A DNA stretch of 64,000 bases from an uncultured virus (IMG/VR IMGVR_UViG_3300037067_011443) (IMGVR_UViG_3300037067_011443); one strand, 5' to 3'; positions 1 through 9,926 are shown, counted from the first letter of the stretch. Made by a program: numbers and translations. The notes: generated by a model from the letters alone, not told the origin.

Positions 1-19
1 AAATGTTACATTTATATTG

Positions 20-586
20 TTATTTTAATGCTTTAAATTTACTGCAATTTAAATCTTGAATATCTTCTTGTATACGTCCTTCTTTAGCTTTAATAAGTAC
101 ACTACAATTTCGATTATATTTAGCACAACCGATGCAATTAGATTCAAACTCTTCTAATTGAGATATATTTTTAAATATACCTATATAGTCAACAGGTTTT
201 ATTTCAAGTTCTACTCTTGGATTTTCAGTATCATACCAAATTCCTTGAACTCTTTCACATAATTGATTATCATCTACCCATATTTTTGCTGCTTCAGTTA
301 TTGCATCTGCCATACATTTAAAATAATTATTTGCATCCATATCTGTTCTTGGAAAATAAAAAAATGTATCCATATAATAATGTTGAAATTTATTTTCTGA
401 TTTTTTCCAATTTTGTAATCCTGCTTGTTCTATACAATATTTAGTAAAATCTTTCTGATATTTTGTTGCTTCAGGTGTTTTGTAACTCATTGCCATAGGT
501 TTACCATTTTTCATAATAGCTCTATAAGCGAGATAATGATTTACTGAAACGGGAATAGGGGATACTAACTTTAATATTTGAGAGAT
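20..586 (-). CDS. rusA: RusA-like Holliday junction resolvase
   Basis: P-x-S-V-N-x-Y N-terminus, DxxNxxKxxxDA catalytic motif (DANNYFKCMADA), WVDDNQ and PRVELEI. The track ATG at 640 lies inside an inserted mini-element; RBS AAAGGAGG points to an ATC start at 586. Confidence 0.8.
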   Translation of the reverse strand: MSQILKLVSPIPVSVNHYLAYRAIMKNGKPMAMSYKTPEATKYQKDFTKYCIEQAGLQNWKKSENKFQHYYMDTFFYFPRTDMDANNYFKCMADAITEAAKIWVDDNQLCERVQGIWYDTENPRVELEIKPVDYIGIFKNISQLEEFESNCIGCAKYNRNCSVLIKAKEGRIQEDIQDLNCSKFKALK

Positions 587-630
587 AAAATCTCCTCCTT
601 TATTTTGAAATTTTGAGAATAGGGAATAGA

Positions 631-925
631 AAACACCCATCCACGCTATCTGTCAAGTGACTGTAAGGAACTTGTGCAGTATAGTGGCGAATATAAGTAT
701 TGACAATTTATATTAATAATGATAAAATAAACATAGGTTAAGAAACGAGCCTTATTACTATCGTTAATGTAAACATTGGTTTACTTGATAGTGAGAGTCT
801 ATGGATAATTAATTCAATAGCTTGGATGTTGTAATCTATAAGTGATTATATGATGAGAGCCGAGAAACGAATTGATTGATATAGAACCTGCCATACGAAC
901 ATAATGAGTGTGTGCAGAGTTTTAG
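631..925 (+). mobile_element. Non-autonomous IS200/IS605 mini-element (left end + promoter + omegaRNA/right end), no ORF
   Basis: 631-690 is nearly identical to the left end of the element at 51730-51672. ~733-925 aligns along its length with the region 3' of tnpB (48830-48642). Both left ends follow ATAGA. Confidence 0.85.
700..728 (+). promoter_or_regulatory. sigmaA promoter driving the stand-alone omegaRNA
   Basis: TTGACA-N17-TAAAAT with extended -10 TG; predicted start ~735 coincides with the 5' end of the scaffold homology. Confidence 0.8.
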
Positions 926-945
926 GTGAAGGGTGAAATTGAACC
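733..945 (+). ncRNA. Putative TnpB omegaRNA (scaffold 733-925 + ~16-20 nt guide GTGAAGGGTGAAATTG...)
   Basis: Blocks shared with the tnpB-linked copy: GGTT.AGAA.CGAGCC, CGTTAAT, TAGTGA.A.TCT.TGGATA, GGATGTTGTAAT.TATA, ATGAGAGCC, AGAACCTGCC...GTGCAGAG. Confidence 0.7.
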
Positions 946-1110
946 ACCGAAACTTCCCATGTTTAAAATTGCTAAAAAGTCAGCATTGTGATATAAGAAT
1001 TACAGTTAAATTGATAGGAAATCGACTATAGAATCATCTGAAATGAATTTTAGATATAATTAGAAGGGTAGGGGAGTTTGACACAAAACTACCCACTAAT
1101 TATATTAATA

Positions 1111-1674
1111 TTACTTAGGTATTGCATTTATAGCTTCTGAAAATTTATTATATAATAAAAAAGCACTAATTAATACAGAACCAATAAAGACACATCCACC
1201 AATCATCCACATTTTTGATTGTATTCCTGTTAATCCTTTTGTATTTACATCCTTATTAATATCACGTAAATCAATTTTGTTTTTTTCATTATCTATTTTT
1301 ACCTGTTCACTTACTTTATCAACTTTAAAATTAATCTCATCAACTTTTTCATCAACTAATTTTATATTTTGCCTATTATTTTTGTTTTCATTGTGTACAT
1401 CTTTTAAAGTCATCTGAATATCTATCATACTAGAATTTACAAGATTCATTGTATTAGATAATTCTTTATAGTTTTCAGCTTCTCTTATAGTTCCACGTTC
1501 AATAGATTCTGCACAACGTTCAATTATTCCATCTGACTTTATACCTCTTTCTTCAACCATTCTTAGCCTAGTTTCTTGAGAATCTATTATTTCATATATT
1601 CTATTAATATCATTATATGTAACCATAGCTCCTTCACTCATTTTGCTCACCACTCTTTTTCTTTCTTTTTCCAT
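1111..1674 (-). CDS. Coiled-coil protein with C-terminal TM helix (XhlA/holin-like accessory protein)
   Basis: Heptad-rich body and one hydrophobic C-terminal segment; probable start at MSEGA after AGTGGTGAG. Confidence 0.4.
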   Translation of the reverse strand: MEKERKRVVSKMSEGAMVTYNDINRIYEIIDSQETRLRMVEERGIKSDGIIERCAESIERGTIREAENYKELSNTMNLVNSSMIDIQMTLKDVHNENKNNRQNIKLVDEKVDEINFKVDKVSEQVKIDNEKNKIDLRDINKDVNTKGLTGIQSKMWMIGGCVFIGSVLISAFLLYNKFSEAINAIPK

Positions 1675-1689
1675 ATGGCATAAACAATA

Positions 1690-2241
1690 TCACCCTTTCT
1701 TTAAATTAGTAAGCATAAGTAAAACTGAAATAATTCCAAAATTTATTGCATTTAAAATTTGTAAATAATTTAAATATGCACAAGTTATTTGAATTAAATA
1801 AATACTAACATAAATATAAATAAATCCATTACGATAATATTTATCTGTATGTTCTTTGTCTTCTTGTGACAATTTTGGAATAATAGTAATAGATAATATT
1901 GTTATTGCGACTATTATTAAGAATATATTAAATGAATATTGATATGTATTTTTACTTATCCAAGATAAAAAAATTATATAAATTATACTAAATATAGTAC
2001 AAAAATTAATATTAAAATGAATTCCTCCAGAAAACCATCTCATAATATTTAATACTATTATGATAATAATAACTTCTAATAAATAATTATAAAATATACC
2101 AAAACAAATTGTAAATAAAAGAATACATATAATAGATATTATTTGTTGTATTATCATATCTATATAAGAATATTTTTTATCAGACACTATATTTTTTTTA
2201 TTTAAAATATCTGTAATTTTTTCTGAAATTTTATTAACCAT
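1690..2241 (-). CDS. agrB: AgrB-family membrane peptidase
   Basis: Multi-TM protein of ~183 aa with the R-x-F-S-G-G-x-H...C motif (MRWFSGGIHFNINFC), i.e. the catalytic His/Cys. Confidence 0.85.
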   Translation of the reverse strand: MVNKISEKITDILNKKNIVSDKKYSYIDMIIQQIISIICILLFTICFGIFYNYLLEVIIIIIVLNIMRWFSGGIHFNINFCTIFSIIYIIFLSWISKNTYQYSFNIFLIIVAITILSITIIPKLSQEDKEHTDKYYRNGFIYIYVSIYLIQITCAYLNYLQILNAINFGIISVLLMLTNLKKG

Positions 2242-2258
2242 ATTTACCACCAAATTAA

Positions 2259-2299
2259 ATTATAACATAAAAAAGACAGGCAATCAACACCTGTCTTTT
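2259..2299 (-). terminator. Intrinsic terminator after the peptide gene, overlapping a sigmaA promoter for agrB
   Basis: Stem AAAAGACAGG/CCTGTCTTTT with U-run; TTGATT-N17-TATAAT with extended -10 TG at 2287-2259. Confidence 0.7.
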
Positions 2300-2318
2300 C
2301 TTTAATATTATGATATTA

Positions 2319-2387
2319 TTATTTTTTTTCTTTCTTAACTTTCTTAACTTTTTTTATAGACTTACCAAAAAACCACCATAAACCCAT
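2319..2387 (-). CDS. 22-aa AgrD-like peptide MGLWWFFGKSIKKVKKVKKEKK (not in ORF track)
   Basis: RBS GAGGTG 7 nt before ATG, terminator after the stop, adjacent to agrB, aromatic core similar to clostridial AIP cores. Confidence 0.7.
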   Translation of the reverse strand: MGLWWFFGKSIKKVKKVKKEKK

Positions 2388-2393
2388 TTTATA

Positions 2394-2834
2394 TCACCTC
2401 TTTTTAAATAAAATTACTACAAATGTTTCTATAATTTTAGCTGGTAAACTTATTATGATATTATAAAAATTTAATTCCATATTTGTTACATCTATAAAAA
2501 ATATATTATCATATATAAAGACACATATAGCATCTACAACAAGAAGTATAAAAACTAATTTTATTATTAATATAATACAACTTTTAATACTTATATTAAA
2601 TTTAACAGTAAATATAGTTATAATTAATAAAAAACAAACTATAGGTATAAGAAACTGTGGAATAAATTGAATTAATATTGCATGTATAAATGAAACTAAA
2701 CAAACAAGATTTAAAAAATTTTTATTAGAAATAACTATATTACTATTGTTTTTTATAAAAATAACAGTTTGAAATCCTAAAAATATACTACTTAAAAAAA
2801 ACACTATCAATATATTCCATAATATCTCACACAT
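2394..2834 (-). CDS. Multi-TM protein resembling the AgrC membrane sensor domain, without a kinase domain
   Basis: 146 aa, 4-5 hydrophobic helices, no H-box or GHKL motifs; lies directly upstream of the peptide gene and agrB. Confidence 0.5.
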   Translation of the reverse strand: MCEILWNILIVFFLSSIFLGFQTVIFIKNNSNIVISNKNFLNLVCLVSFIHAILIQFIPQFLIPIVCFLLIITIFTVKFNISIKSCIILIIKLVFILLVVDAICVFIYDNIFFIDVTNMELNFYNIIISLPAKIIETFVVILFKKR

Positions 2835-3153
2835 TATTCATACCTCGTATCCAATTTATTAATTCAAACCAAGCATCATCACTTTCAAAAGTTACCATCT
2901 TATTGTGATAACTTTCTAAATTTATTGGATTTTTAGCTTTATTTCTTTGCCATAATTCCAAACGATTTTTAAATTTATTTACATTTACTAAATATGTATT
3001 TAATTTACAAGTTATTAACAAACTATCATTACCATTATTAATTATTTCTTTACAGCTTATCATATTATAATGACTAAGAAGAAGAGTAATAGTTGGTAAA
3101 TTATCAGTTGTTAACCCATTACAGGTATACCATGATTGATTATTTTCCTTCAT
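2827..3153 (-). CDS. Hypothetical protein
   Basis: ORF overlaps both neighbours; RBS GAGGAG upstream. Confidence 0.6.
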   Translation of the reverse strand: MKENNQSWYTCNGLTTDNLPTITLLLSHYNMISCKEIINNGNDSLLITCKLNTYLVNVNKFKNRLELWQRNKAKNPINLESYHNKMVTFESDDAWFELINWIRGMNNV

Positions 3154-3542
3154 ATTCCTCTACTCCTCTCTTGATATCATTTTTATTAAAATACTCTAAA
3201 AATAACTGTCTTGTATTATTACTCATTTTAACTAAATTATAATGGTTATTTTGTATATCATCTCTTGTGTTTTTATCATTAGTCATTATAACTTCTAATA
3301 AGTCTTTTATAATTATATTGTTATCTTGTATATCTGTAACTTGAGCTTTTAACTGCAAATTTTGCCAAATTACATATCCAAATATCCAAAATATAATAAG
3401 AGCAAAAACAATAAAAATAACAAATTGATTTTGAACAAAAAATAGTTGCCCTTGCTGATAATATTTAAAACAGTAATAAATTAAAGATAATGATACAATT
3501 GCCATACCTATAAAAGTTTCAAATTTTAGAAAACTTTTCATA
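3140..3542 (-). CDS. Membrane protein (2 TM + coiled coil)
   Basis: RBS GGAGGTG before MKSFLK; two hydrophobic segments. Confidence 0.6.
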
Positions 3543-3631
3543 TTCTCACCTCCCATAATTATATTAACATGAAAGGGAAAATATGTCAAGATTAATTTAA
3601 TGAAAATTTATATTAATAACACTTATTACTT

Positions 3632-6600
3632 TTATCCCCAATATGGAATAGTACCATCACTCTTTAATGTTTGTCCGATTGTTCCTATTCCAAGAGAAAC
3701 AAGATTACCTAAAGCATTTTTGTAAAATAAACTGCCTGTTGTTGCTCCAGTAGTTGAAGCTACTCCAGCTTGCACTTGTGCATCAGATACTCTAATTAAA
3801 GTTCCTCCAGTATTATTTAGCGTATTATTAAGATTAGCTAATGCTGTAATATCAGCATATAATGTCGCATCAGTTTTAAGATTAATTGTGTTTCTTACAG
3901 CATACATACTTAAAAATTCACTTTCAGAATCAGTTTCTAAATTAACTACGTTACTATCCACACAAGAACATCCTGGGCAAAAATAACTATCAGTAATTGT
4001 TACTGTATTACCAATATATGCACCACCAGTCATTCCTGCAAAGCCCCTAATTCCCGTTATATTAATTATCATATCCATCCAAAGATTATCATCTCCTGTA
4101 ACCTGTATATAGGAATCATTTTTTTCTGCATCTGTTCCTATTGCTGTTACGTTCAATGTACCTCCCATGTGACAATCTTTTATTTCAAGCAAAAAATGAC
4201 CAGCACCAGATTGATTAACAACCGAACCCGAGGTAATATTAACTGATTTTAATGTGAGATGTTTAGAAGTCGATGTTACTGTTCCATGATATCCAGCACC
4301 AGTAATACCTCCATCACCTAAAATAGTAATAAAATCTTTTGTAATATTTAAATCACCAGTATATGGCAATCCTAATTTTACACTAATTATGTATATATTT
4401 GATGAACTAGTACCAGATGGTACTGCATCATGGGCACTTTGTACATCTTTATATGGCTTAGATATACTACCATCTGGAGTATATGTATCAATACGAGAAT
4501 TATCTACATATAAAGTATGTGAAGTGTAAACTTCAGGATAAATAGATATTTTATATCTATTAGTATTAATAGTATGATATAAATCACTTCCTGTAAATTC
4601 AAGTGCTCCTGTATTATATCCAAGTAATATTTGATTAGCAGGAACTAATGAAGATGCTCTTAACTTAATACTTCCCATTGGTAATCCAATTGGCCCCAAA
4701 CCACCATTAATTGTTCCGCTTCCACCAACACCAGTTCCTCCATACATAATAGCAACATGTGCAAAAGCTCCTATTCCTGTTATAACTGGACTTGCTGTAG
4801 TTGTCACAACTATGCTTGATGCAACACTAGGAGTAATATTTGTTGAATTATGAACGAGTATTGGAACAGTATTTGTAGTCATATTAATCAACGATACTAT
4901 AAATCTTGATGTATCAGCTGTAACAAATTGTCCTTTAATAGCATCTAAAGTGTGAGCAAATGTAAGAGATCCAGCAAGATAAAAACATATATTATCTAAA
5001 TCATCCAATATTTGAAATGTGGTATTACTTGCAATTAAACTTCCTGCTGCACTTGATGAACTTGTAAATGCTCTTGCTCCAGAAACAGAACTATAAGCTG
5101 TTGCTACTCCATCACTAAGTGATATTTTGCTACTTGAATTAGTATTAGTCCAATTAATTGCACTATTAACATTAGTACCTATAGATTCAAAATTACACAT
5201 TTCACATTGAAAATTTTGAACCCCTATTCCTTTAAAATCAAGAACTATACCAGTAGCACTTTTAAATATAATTTTTTCCGCAAAAATTGTACCTATAAAA
5301 TCTGCTGTGACTGTACCAACAATATAAGTATTATACTTAGCCGAGGTAGTTAAATTTACTCCTGCTTTTAATGTTATATCTTCTGTATATGTAGCTGGAA
5401 AAATAAAAACAGTTGTACCTGCCGTAGCAATATTAATAGATTTTTGAATAGTTAAATATGGTTTGTTAGCTGAGCCATCTCCTGTAATATCATTACCATT
5501 TTTACTAACATATAAATAGTTATCTGGTTTAACTTCGAGAACACCGCTAATATTAGTGGCTGTTAAAGTTCCAGTTACATTAACACTTGGAGTTGATGTA
5601 TCAATTTCTAATACTGAAGTTACTTTATCAGCTTTTGTAAAATTGAAAGCGTCTACTGCATCTGTAGCAGGATAATGTATTTTTGAAGTGTGTTTAATTT
5701 CACCTGAAGCATCATATTTAATTCTTTCAGTATTATTAGTATATATAGTCAATGGTAAATTTTCTCTTTGTCTTATATCAGCATTACCACTTGTATCAAT
5801 ACCTATATCAAATCCATCTGTAGCAGTTATGCCAGTTGTAGTACCATTAGTTATTTTAATATTAGTTGCGGTAGCATTTCCACCGTCTACATGAACTTTA
5901 CTTGCGGCTTCAACGCCAACACCAAGAGAATTTTTATAAAAACTATTGCCATAAGTTCTAAAATTATGAGTTAAATCACCAGACTGATTATAACCTTGTA
6001 ATGCTACACCAGAAGCACCAATTTCTATAAATTTCATATTTGATGAACCAGAAGATGTAATTTTTACCTCTGCATTATCAACACTATCTAAATTAAATGT
6101 AGTTTTTGTATTTGTGGTATCCACTTTCAATATTGATGTTGTCTTATCTGCTTTTGTAAAATTAAAAGCATCCGTAGTATCAGTAGCAGGATAGTGAACT
6201 TTGTTAGTCCATTTTGTTGTTGCTGTAGTCCCATCAAATTTAACTGCTTCTGTACCATTATTACTTTGAATAATAACTGATTTATCCGTAGCAGAATCTA
6301 AAGTTAAATCATCATCTGACTGAACAAGTCTAGTAAATATACTTAAAAATATTTTTAGTAATGAACCCAATTTACTTACAAGTGTTGTCTTAGGAAGAAT
6401 ATCTGTAGTTATAGTAATATTATTAAATTCAACATCATTATTTTTATTTATTTGTTGGTCACTATGATAATGATGTGTTTCATCACCTCCCATAATTCCT
6501 GTTAAATTCTCATGGTCTGTAATAGTACTTGGAGCAAATTGAGTAGTAAATGCACTATCAATTTGTGTTGCTGTACTTGCTCCTTTTAATACAATTATTC

Positions 6601-7426
6601 TACCAACAAGCATAGCATTTGTTACTAATGAATTAGGGATTGATGGAGGTTGTGATGTATTTGCTTGATTAAAATCATAGTCACCGTTTCCCAAAACAAA
6701 ATGTATTTTTTTACTTGTTGACATTGAACGATACACCCATATAACTGCATAATTGCCATCAGTAAGTGTCTGTAATGTTCCACTTGCATTATCCCATTGA
6801 GTATTTGGATATTGAGTTATAGCATCTCTAGTCCATGTACCATCACCATTATTTATTCTTAAATATGCTTCATCCGTAGCAGAATTTGTAACTAATAAAT
6901 AATTACCATAAGAACCTTCCCATACCTTTCCAGCTAAAACTGTTATATTTCTTGTTCCTGTTTCTCCTAAATCTAAACCACTAACTCTTTCAAAACGTCT
7001 TGTTTCAATTAAACGTCTATGTAACTTATTTGCTAAACCAAGTGCAGGGTCATCCCATAAAATTACTGATGGACTATCCCCATATCTATATACAGTATAA
7101 ACTATAGCATTTAAAGAATCATTTACACTTGTAATATCTGTAATAGCTACTAATCGTGGACTTCCATTATTATATTGTGCAATTATATAAGATGTTGTAT
7201 CATCAGTAATAGTAATTGTTGTTTCTGGTATAACATGTTCTGATATTACTCCAGAAAAATCTGTTGTATGATAAAATCTATATGTACCTTCTCCTATTGT
7301 TATAGTTCCACCATTATTATATTGCCATGTAGGTTCTACTACTATTCCTGAATATAACATTAAACTTGAATCAGACGGACTAATATATTTAGATGCTATC
7401 ATTCTTCCTATGATATCTATACTCAT
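3632..7426 (-). CDS. Tail fibre/tailspike-like protein with two beta-helix-type modules
   Basis: 1264 aa, T/S/G-rich; two YV...DGS..KPY..[IV]Q motifs; internal duplication. Confidence 0.65.
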   Translation of the reverse strand: MSIDIIGRMIASKYISPSDSSLMLYSGIVVEPTWQYNNGGTITIGEGTYRFYHTTDFSGVISEHVIPETTITITDDTTSYIIAQYNNGSPRLVAITDITSVNDSLNAIVYTVYRYGDSPSVILWDDPALGLANKLHRRLIETRRFERVSGLDLGETGTRNITVLAGKVWEGSYGNYLLVTNSATDEAYLRINNGDGTWTRDAITQYPNTQWDNASGTLQTLTDGNYAVIWVYRSMSTSKKIHFVLGNGDYDFNQANTSQPPSIPNSLVTNAMLVGRIIVLKGASTATQIDSAFTTQFAPSTITDHENLTGIMGGDETHHYHSDQQINKNNDVEFNNITITTDILPKTTLVSKLGSLLKIFLSIFTRLVQSDDDLTLDSATDKSVIIQSNNGTEAVKFDGTTATTKWTNKVHYPATDTTDAFNFTKADKTTSILKVDTTNTKTTFNLDSVDNAEVKITSSGSSNMKFIEIGASGVALQGYNQSGDLTHNFRTYGNSFYKNSLGVGVEAASKVHVDGGNATATNIKITNGTTTGITATDGFDIGIDTSGNADIRQRENLPLTIYTNNTERIKYDASGEIKHTSKIHYPATDAVDAFNFTKADKVTSVLEIDTSTPSVNVTGTLTATNISGVLEVKPDNYLYVSKNGNDITGDGSANKPYLTIQKSINIATAGTTVFIFPATYTEDITLKAGVNLTTSAKYNTYIVGTVTADFIGTIFAEKIIFKSATGIVLDFKGIGVQNFQCEMCNFESIGTNVNSAINWTNTNSSSKISLSDGVATAYSSVSGARAFTSSSSAAGSLIASNTTFQILDDLDNICFYLAGSLTFAHTLDAIKGQFVTADTSRFIVSLINMTTNTVPILVHNSTNITPSVASSIVVTTTASPVITGIGAFAHVAIMYGGTGVGGSGTINGGLGPIGLPMGSIKLRASSLVPANQILLGYNTGALEFTGSDLYHTINTNRYKISIYPEVYTSHTLYVDNSRIDTYTPDGSISKPYKDVQSAHDAVPSGTSSSNIYIISVKLGLPYTGDLNITKDFITILGDGGITGAGYHGTVTSTSKHLTLKSVNITSGSVVNQSGAGHFLLEIKDCHMGGTLNVTAIGTDAEKNDSYIQVTGDDNLWMDMIINITGIRGFAGMTGGAYIGNTVTITDSYFCPGCSCVDSNVVNLETDSESEFLSMYAVRNTINLKTDATLYADITALANLNNTLNNTGGTLIRVSDAQVQAGVASTTGATTGSLFYKNALGNLVSLGIGTIGQTLKSDGTIPYWG

Positions 7427-7451
7427 TTTACCACTACCTTTCTATAAAAAT

Positions 7452-7784
7452 TTATGCTACAGCATATCCATAAACTGAAATAGTTCCATTTATAGCAGTT
7501 AAATTAACTCTTATTTTTTGCCATCCTTCTAATGGAACTTGATAAGTTGCTGTAGCATCTGATGTTTGTATATTACTAGCAAGAGTTGATAAGTTCCAAG
7601 AAATAATAGGATACCACTTAGTTTTGTTATATACTTGTCCCTCAAATTGAGCCGTAAATGTTCCTAATGCTGATATATTAAATTCAATATTAGCAATACT
7701 ACCTCTGTTTACTGTCATTTCACTTCCTACCCCAATAGCAGATACACCACTATGAAATGGAAAAATACCTAATGGTTCGCTCAT
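7452..7784 (-). CDS. Small beta-rich virion accessory protein
   Basis: 110 aa, precedes the fibre gene, RBS AAAGGA. Confidence 0.45.
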   Translation of the reverse strand: MSEPLGIFPFHSGVSAIGVGSEMTVNRGSIANIEFNISALGTFTAQFEGQVYNKTKWYPIISWNLSTLASNIQTSDATATYQVPLEGWQKIRVNLTAINGTISVYGYAVA

Positions 7785-8264
7785 ATCAATATCATCCTTT
7801 CTTTATATTTATTATATTTAAATTACCACCATCTTAGAGGTGGGAGAATTCTTGACAGTTTCATTAAATTTATTAATTTATTTGAATTTAAAATTATTTT
7901 CGAGTTGAGTTAAGATTATTTTTAATTTAAGTAAAAATCAAAGTGTTAATATTACTGTGTCTTCGGATTTATGAAATCAATAAAAATTTTCAATAAATCA
8001 TCATTTGTAAAATTTAAGATTTGTTATTTAAATTTATTATAATTTTGTTATTATAATTACATTTTTATGTTAGATAAAGTGTGATTTAATTACACTTTTT
8101 GGTTCGAATAATATGAGTTTATTTATATTTATTAAAATTAAATAGGGTGGTAGGTGAAAGCAAAAGCAAAAATAAAAAAATACCAAAGATGGCTGAAACT
8201 TAGACAGCAAAATCTTTGGTATGTGGGAGGGCAAATAATTGATAATTATTTAATAATTAATATT

Positions 8265-9926
8265 TTACATTGCAATATTATATTCTTTTATTAATTCTTT
8301 TGCTAATTCTTTTTGTTCATTATTTGCTCTTGAATAATCTCCATATTGATTAGATATTTGAGAAATAATATTAATCTCAAAAAATGGTAATATAATATTA
8401 TTTTCATAGCAATATTTATAAAATTTTAAACGTGCTTCAATCATAAATATTCCACGAGCCATCATTTGTTTTTGTAAAGTTTTTAAATTCTTATCTTGTT
8501 TCATTTTAATCATCAAATTATTTTGACTTAAAATTTTACCATAAGTTTTTATCATATACTCATATTGTTGAAATATTAATTCCCATATATTATATTCTTT
8601 TTTCTTCTTCTTCTCATATATTACATTAAGTTTGTTTAATATATTTTTAGCCTCCATAATATATTCTGATTTTATTCTATTTTCATTAATTTTATAATAT
8701 CTATTTTTACAAAGTGTAGTTAAATATTTAATTTCATTAATAGGTATAATAGTGTTGTTATTAATACATCTATTATAATATTCCAACTTACATTCGATTG
8801 AATCATTAAAAAACTTACTAATCATAGATATATAACCTTTATATTTTATGTTGAATACTTCATTATAAATTTTATATTCAGTTTGAGATAATATTTTACC
8901 AAATTCTTTACACATATAATCAAAAGTTTCAAATATCATATCCTTATTCCACAACCCTATTTTAATATTCGAACATTCTCCGAAATGGATTAAAAAATTT
9001 GTATACGTATTAAATCTTTTTAAAATCTCTCTATATAATTGTTTATTTAAACTTTTTACATCAGGGAAATTACCATTACTTTTTAATGTAAGAATTTTTT
9101 CAAATAATTCTTCATCTGAATATGTATTATATGGAATAAAAGATATTTTAACGTCATCAAAATTTTTAAAATCTAAATTAAAATAAGAATAAAATATTTT
9201 AGATAATTTTTTGTATATTTTATCATAACTATTATCAAATATTTCTGCATCTATTTCTATTAATTCTAATTTATATTTTTTATACAAATTTGTTTTAATT
9301 AATCTTTGTTTATTATATTCTATATCCCTGTTTGAACTATTTTTATTTTTTGGTTTCCCCCAAACTTCGCAATAAATCATTTTATCATTAGTTTTAAAAA
9401 CAAAATCAGAACGATAATTTCCTTCTTGTGGAAAAGGCATTACTTCTCGATTATAAATAATATTATTCTCAATTAAAAAATTTGCTACAATTAATTCAAA
9501 ACTACTCTTATTGTAAAAATTATTTTTATCAATCAAATCATTTTTATCTATGTAATTCATATATTTTCTTAATTCAGACATAGATTTAAAATGTTTATAT
9601 ATATGTTGATGTAAAATTTTTAAGTCTTTATAAATTTCTGTTATAGATGGAAACCTATTATGCTGATTTATAAATTTTTCTATTTGATAAATAATTTTAT
9701 TTTTATCATCAAAGTATTTTTTAGGAAATACTCCTCGTACCTCTTCATAATTATAACCTAAATTTTCTACAATCTTTTCGATATTAAAATTATTTCTTTT
9801 TATAGAATTATATGCAGAACCATAATTAGTTTTAAAATTTTTTAATGTTGAATTTTCTTTTATATATTTATTAATTTCAATCTTTATATTATCAATGTTA
9901 TCCCAATAACCAATTGCTTTTCTCAT
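8265..9926 (-). CDS. Free-standing homing-endonuclease-like protein (PD-(D/E)XK core plus repeated DNA-binding modules)
   Basis: SSFE-x-IVANFL...YNRE...RSDF...YCEVWG core; repeated GYW/GLW modules; very K/N-rich insert within the structural operon. Confidence 0.6.
   Translation of the reverse strand: MRKAIGYWDNIDNIKIEINKYIKENSTLKNFKTNYGSAYNSIKRNNFNIEKIVENLGYNYEEVRGVFPKKYFDDKNKIIYQIEKFINQHNRFPSITEIYKDLKILHQHIYKHFKSMSELRKYMNYIDKNDLIDKNNFYNKSSFELIVANFLIENNIIYNREVMPFPQEGNYRSDFVFKTNDKMIYCEVWGKPKNKNSSNRDIEYNKQRLIKTNLYKKYKLELIEIDAEIFDNSYDKIYKKLSKIFYSYFNLDFKNFDDVKISFIPYNTYSDEELFEKILTLKSNGNFPDVKSLNKQLYREILKRFNTYTNFLIHFGECSNIKIGLWNKDMIFETFDYMCKEFGKILSQTEYKIYNEVFNIKYKGYISMISKFFNDSIECKLEYYNRCINNNTIIPINEIKYLTTLCKNRYYKINENRIKSEYIMEAKNILNKLNVIYEKKKKKEYNIWELIFQQYEYMIKTYGKILSQNNLMIKMKQDKNLKTLQKQMMARGIFMIEARLKFYKYCYENNIILPFFEINIISQISNQYGDYSRANNEQKELAKELIKEYNIAM

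Noticed and set aside
587..640. 5' extension of rusA to the ATG at 640
   Set aside because: That ATG lies in the mini-element left end and has no RBS.
2827..3153. AgrA/LytTR response regulator
   Set aside because: No receiver Asp motifs or recognisable LytTR signature.
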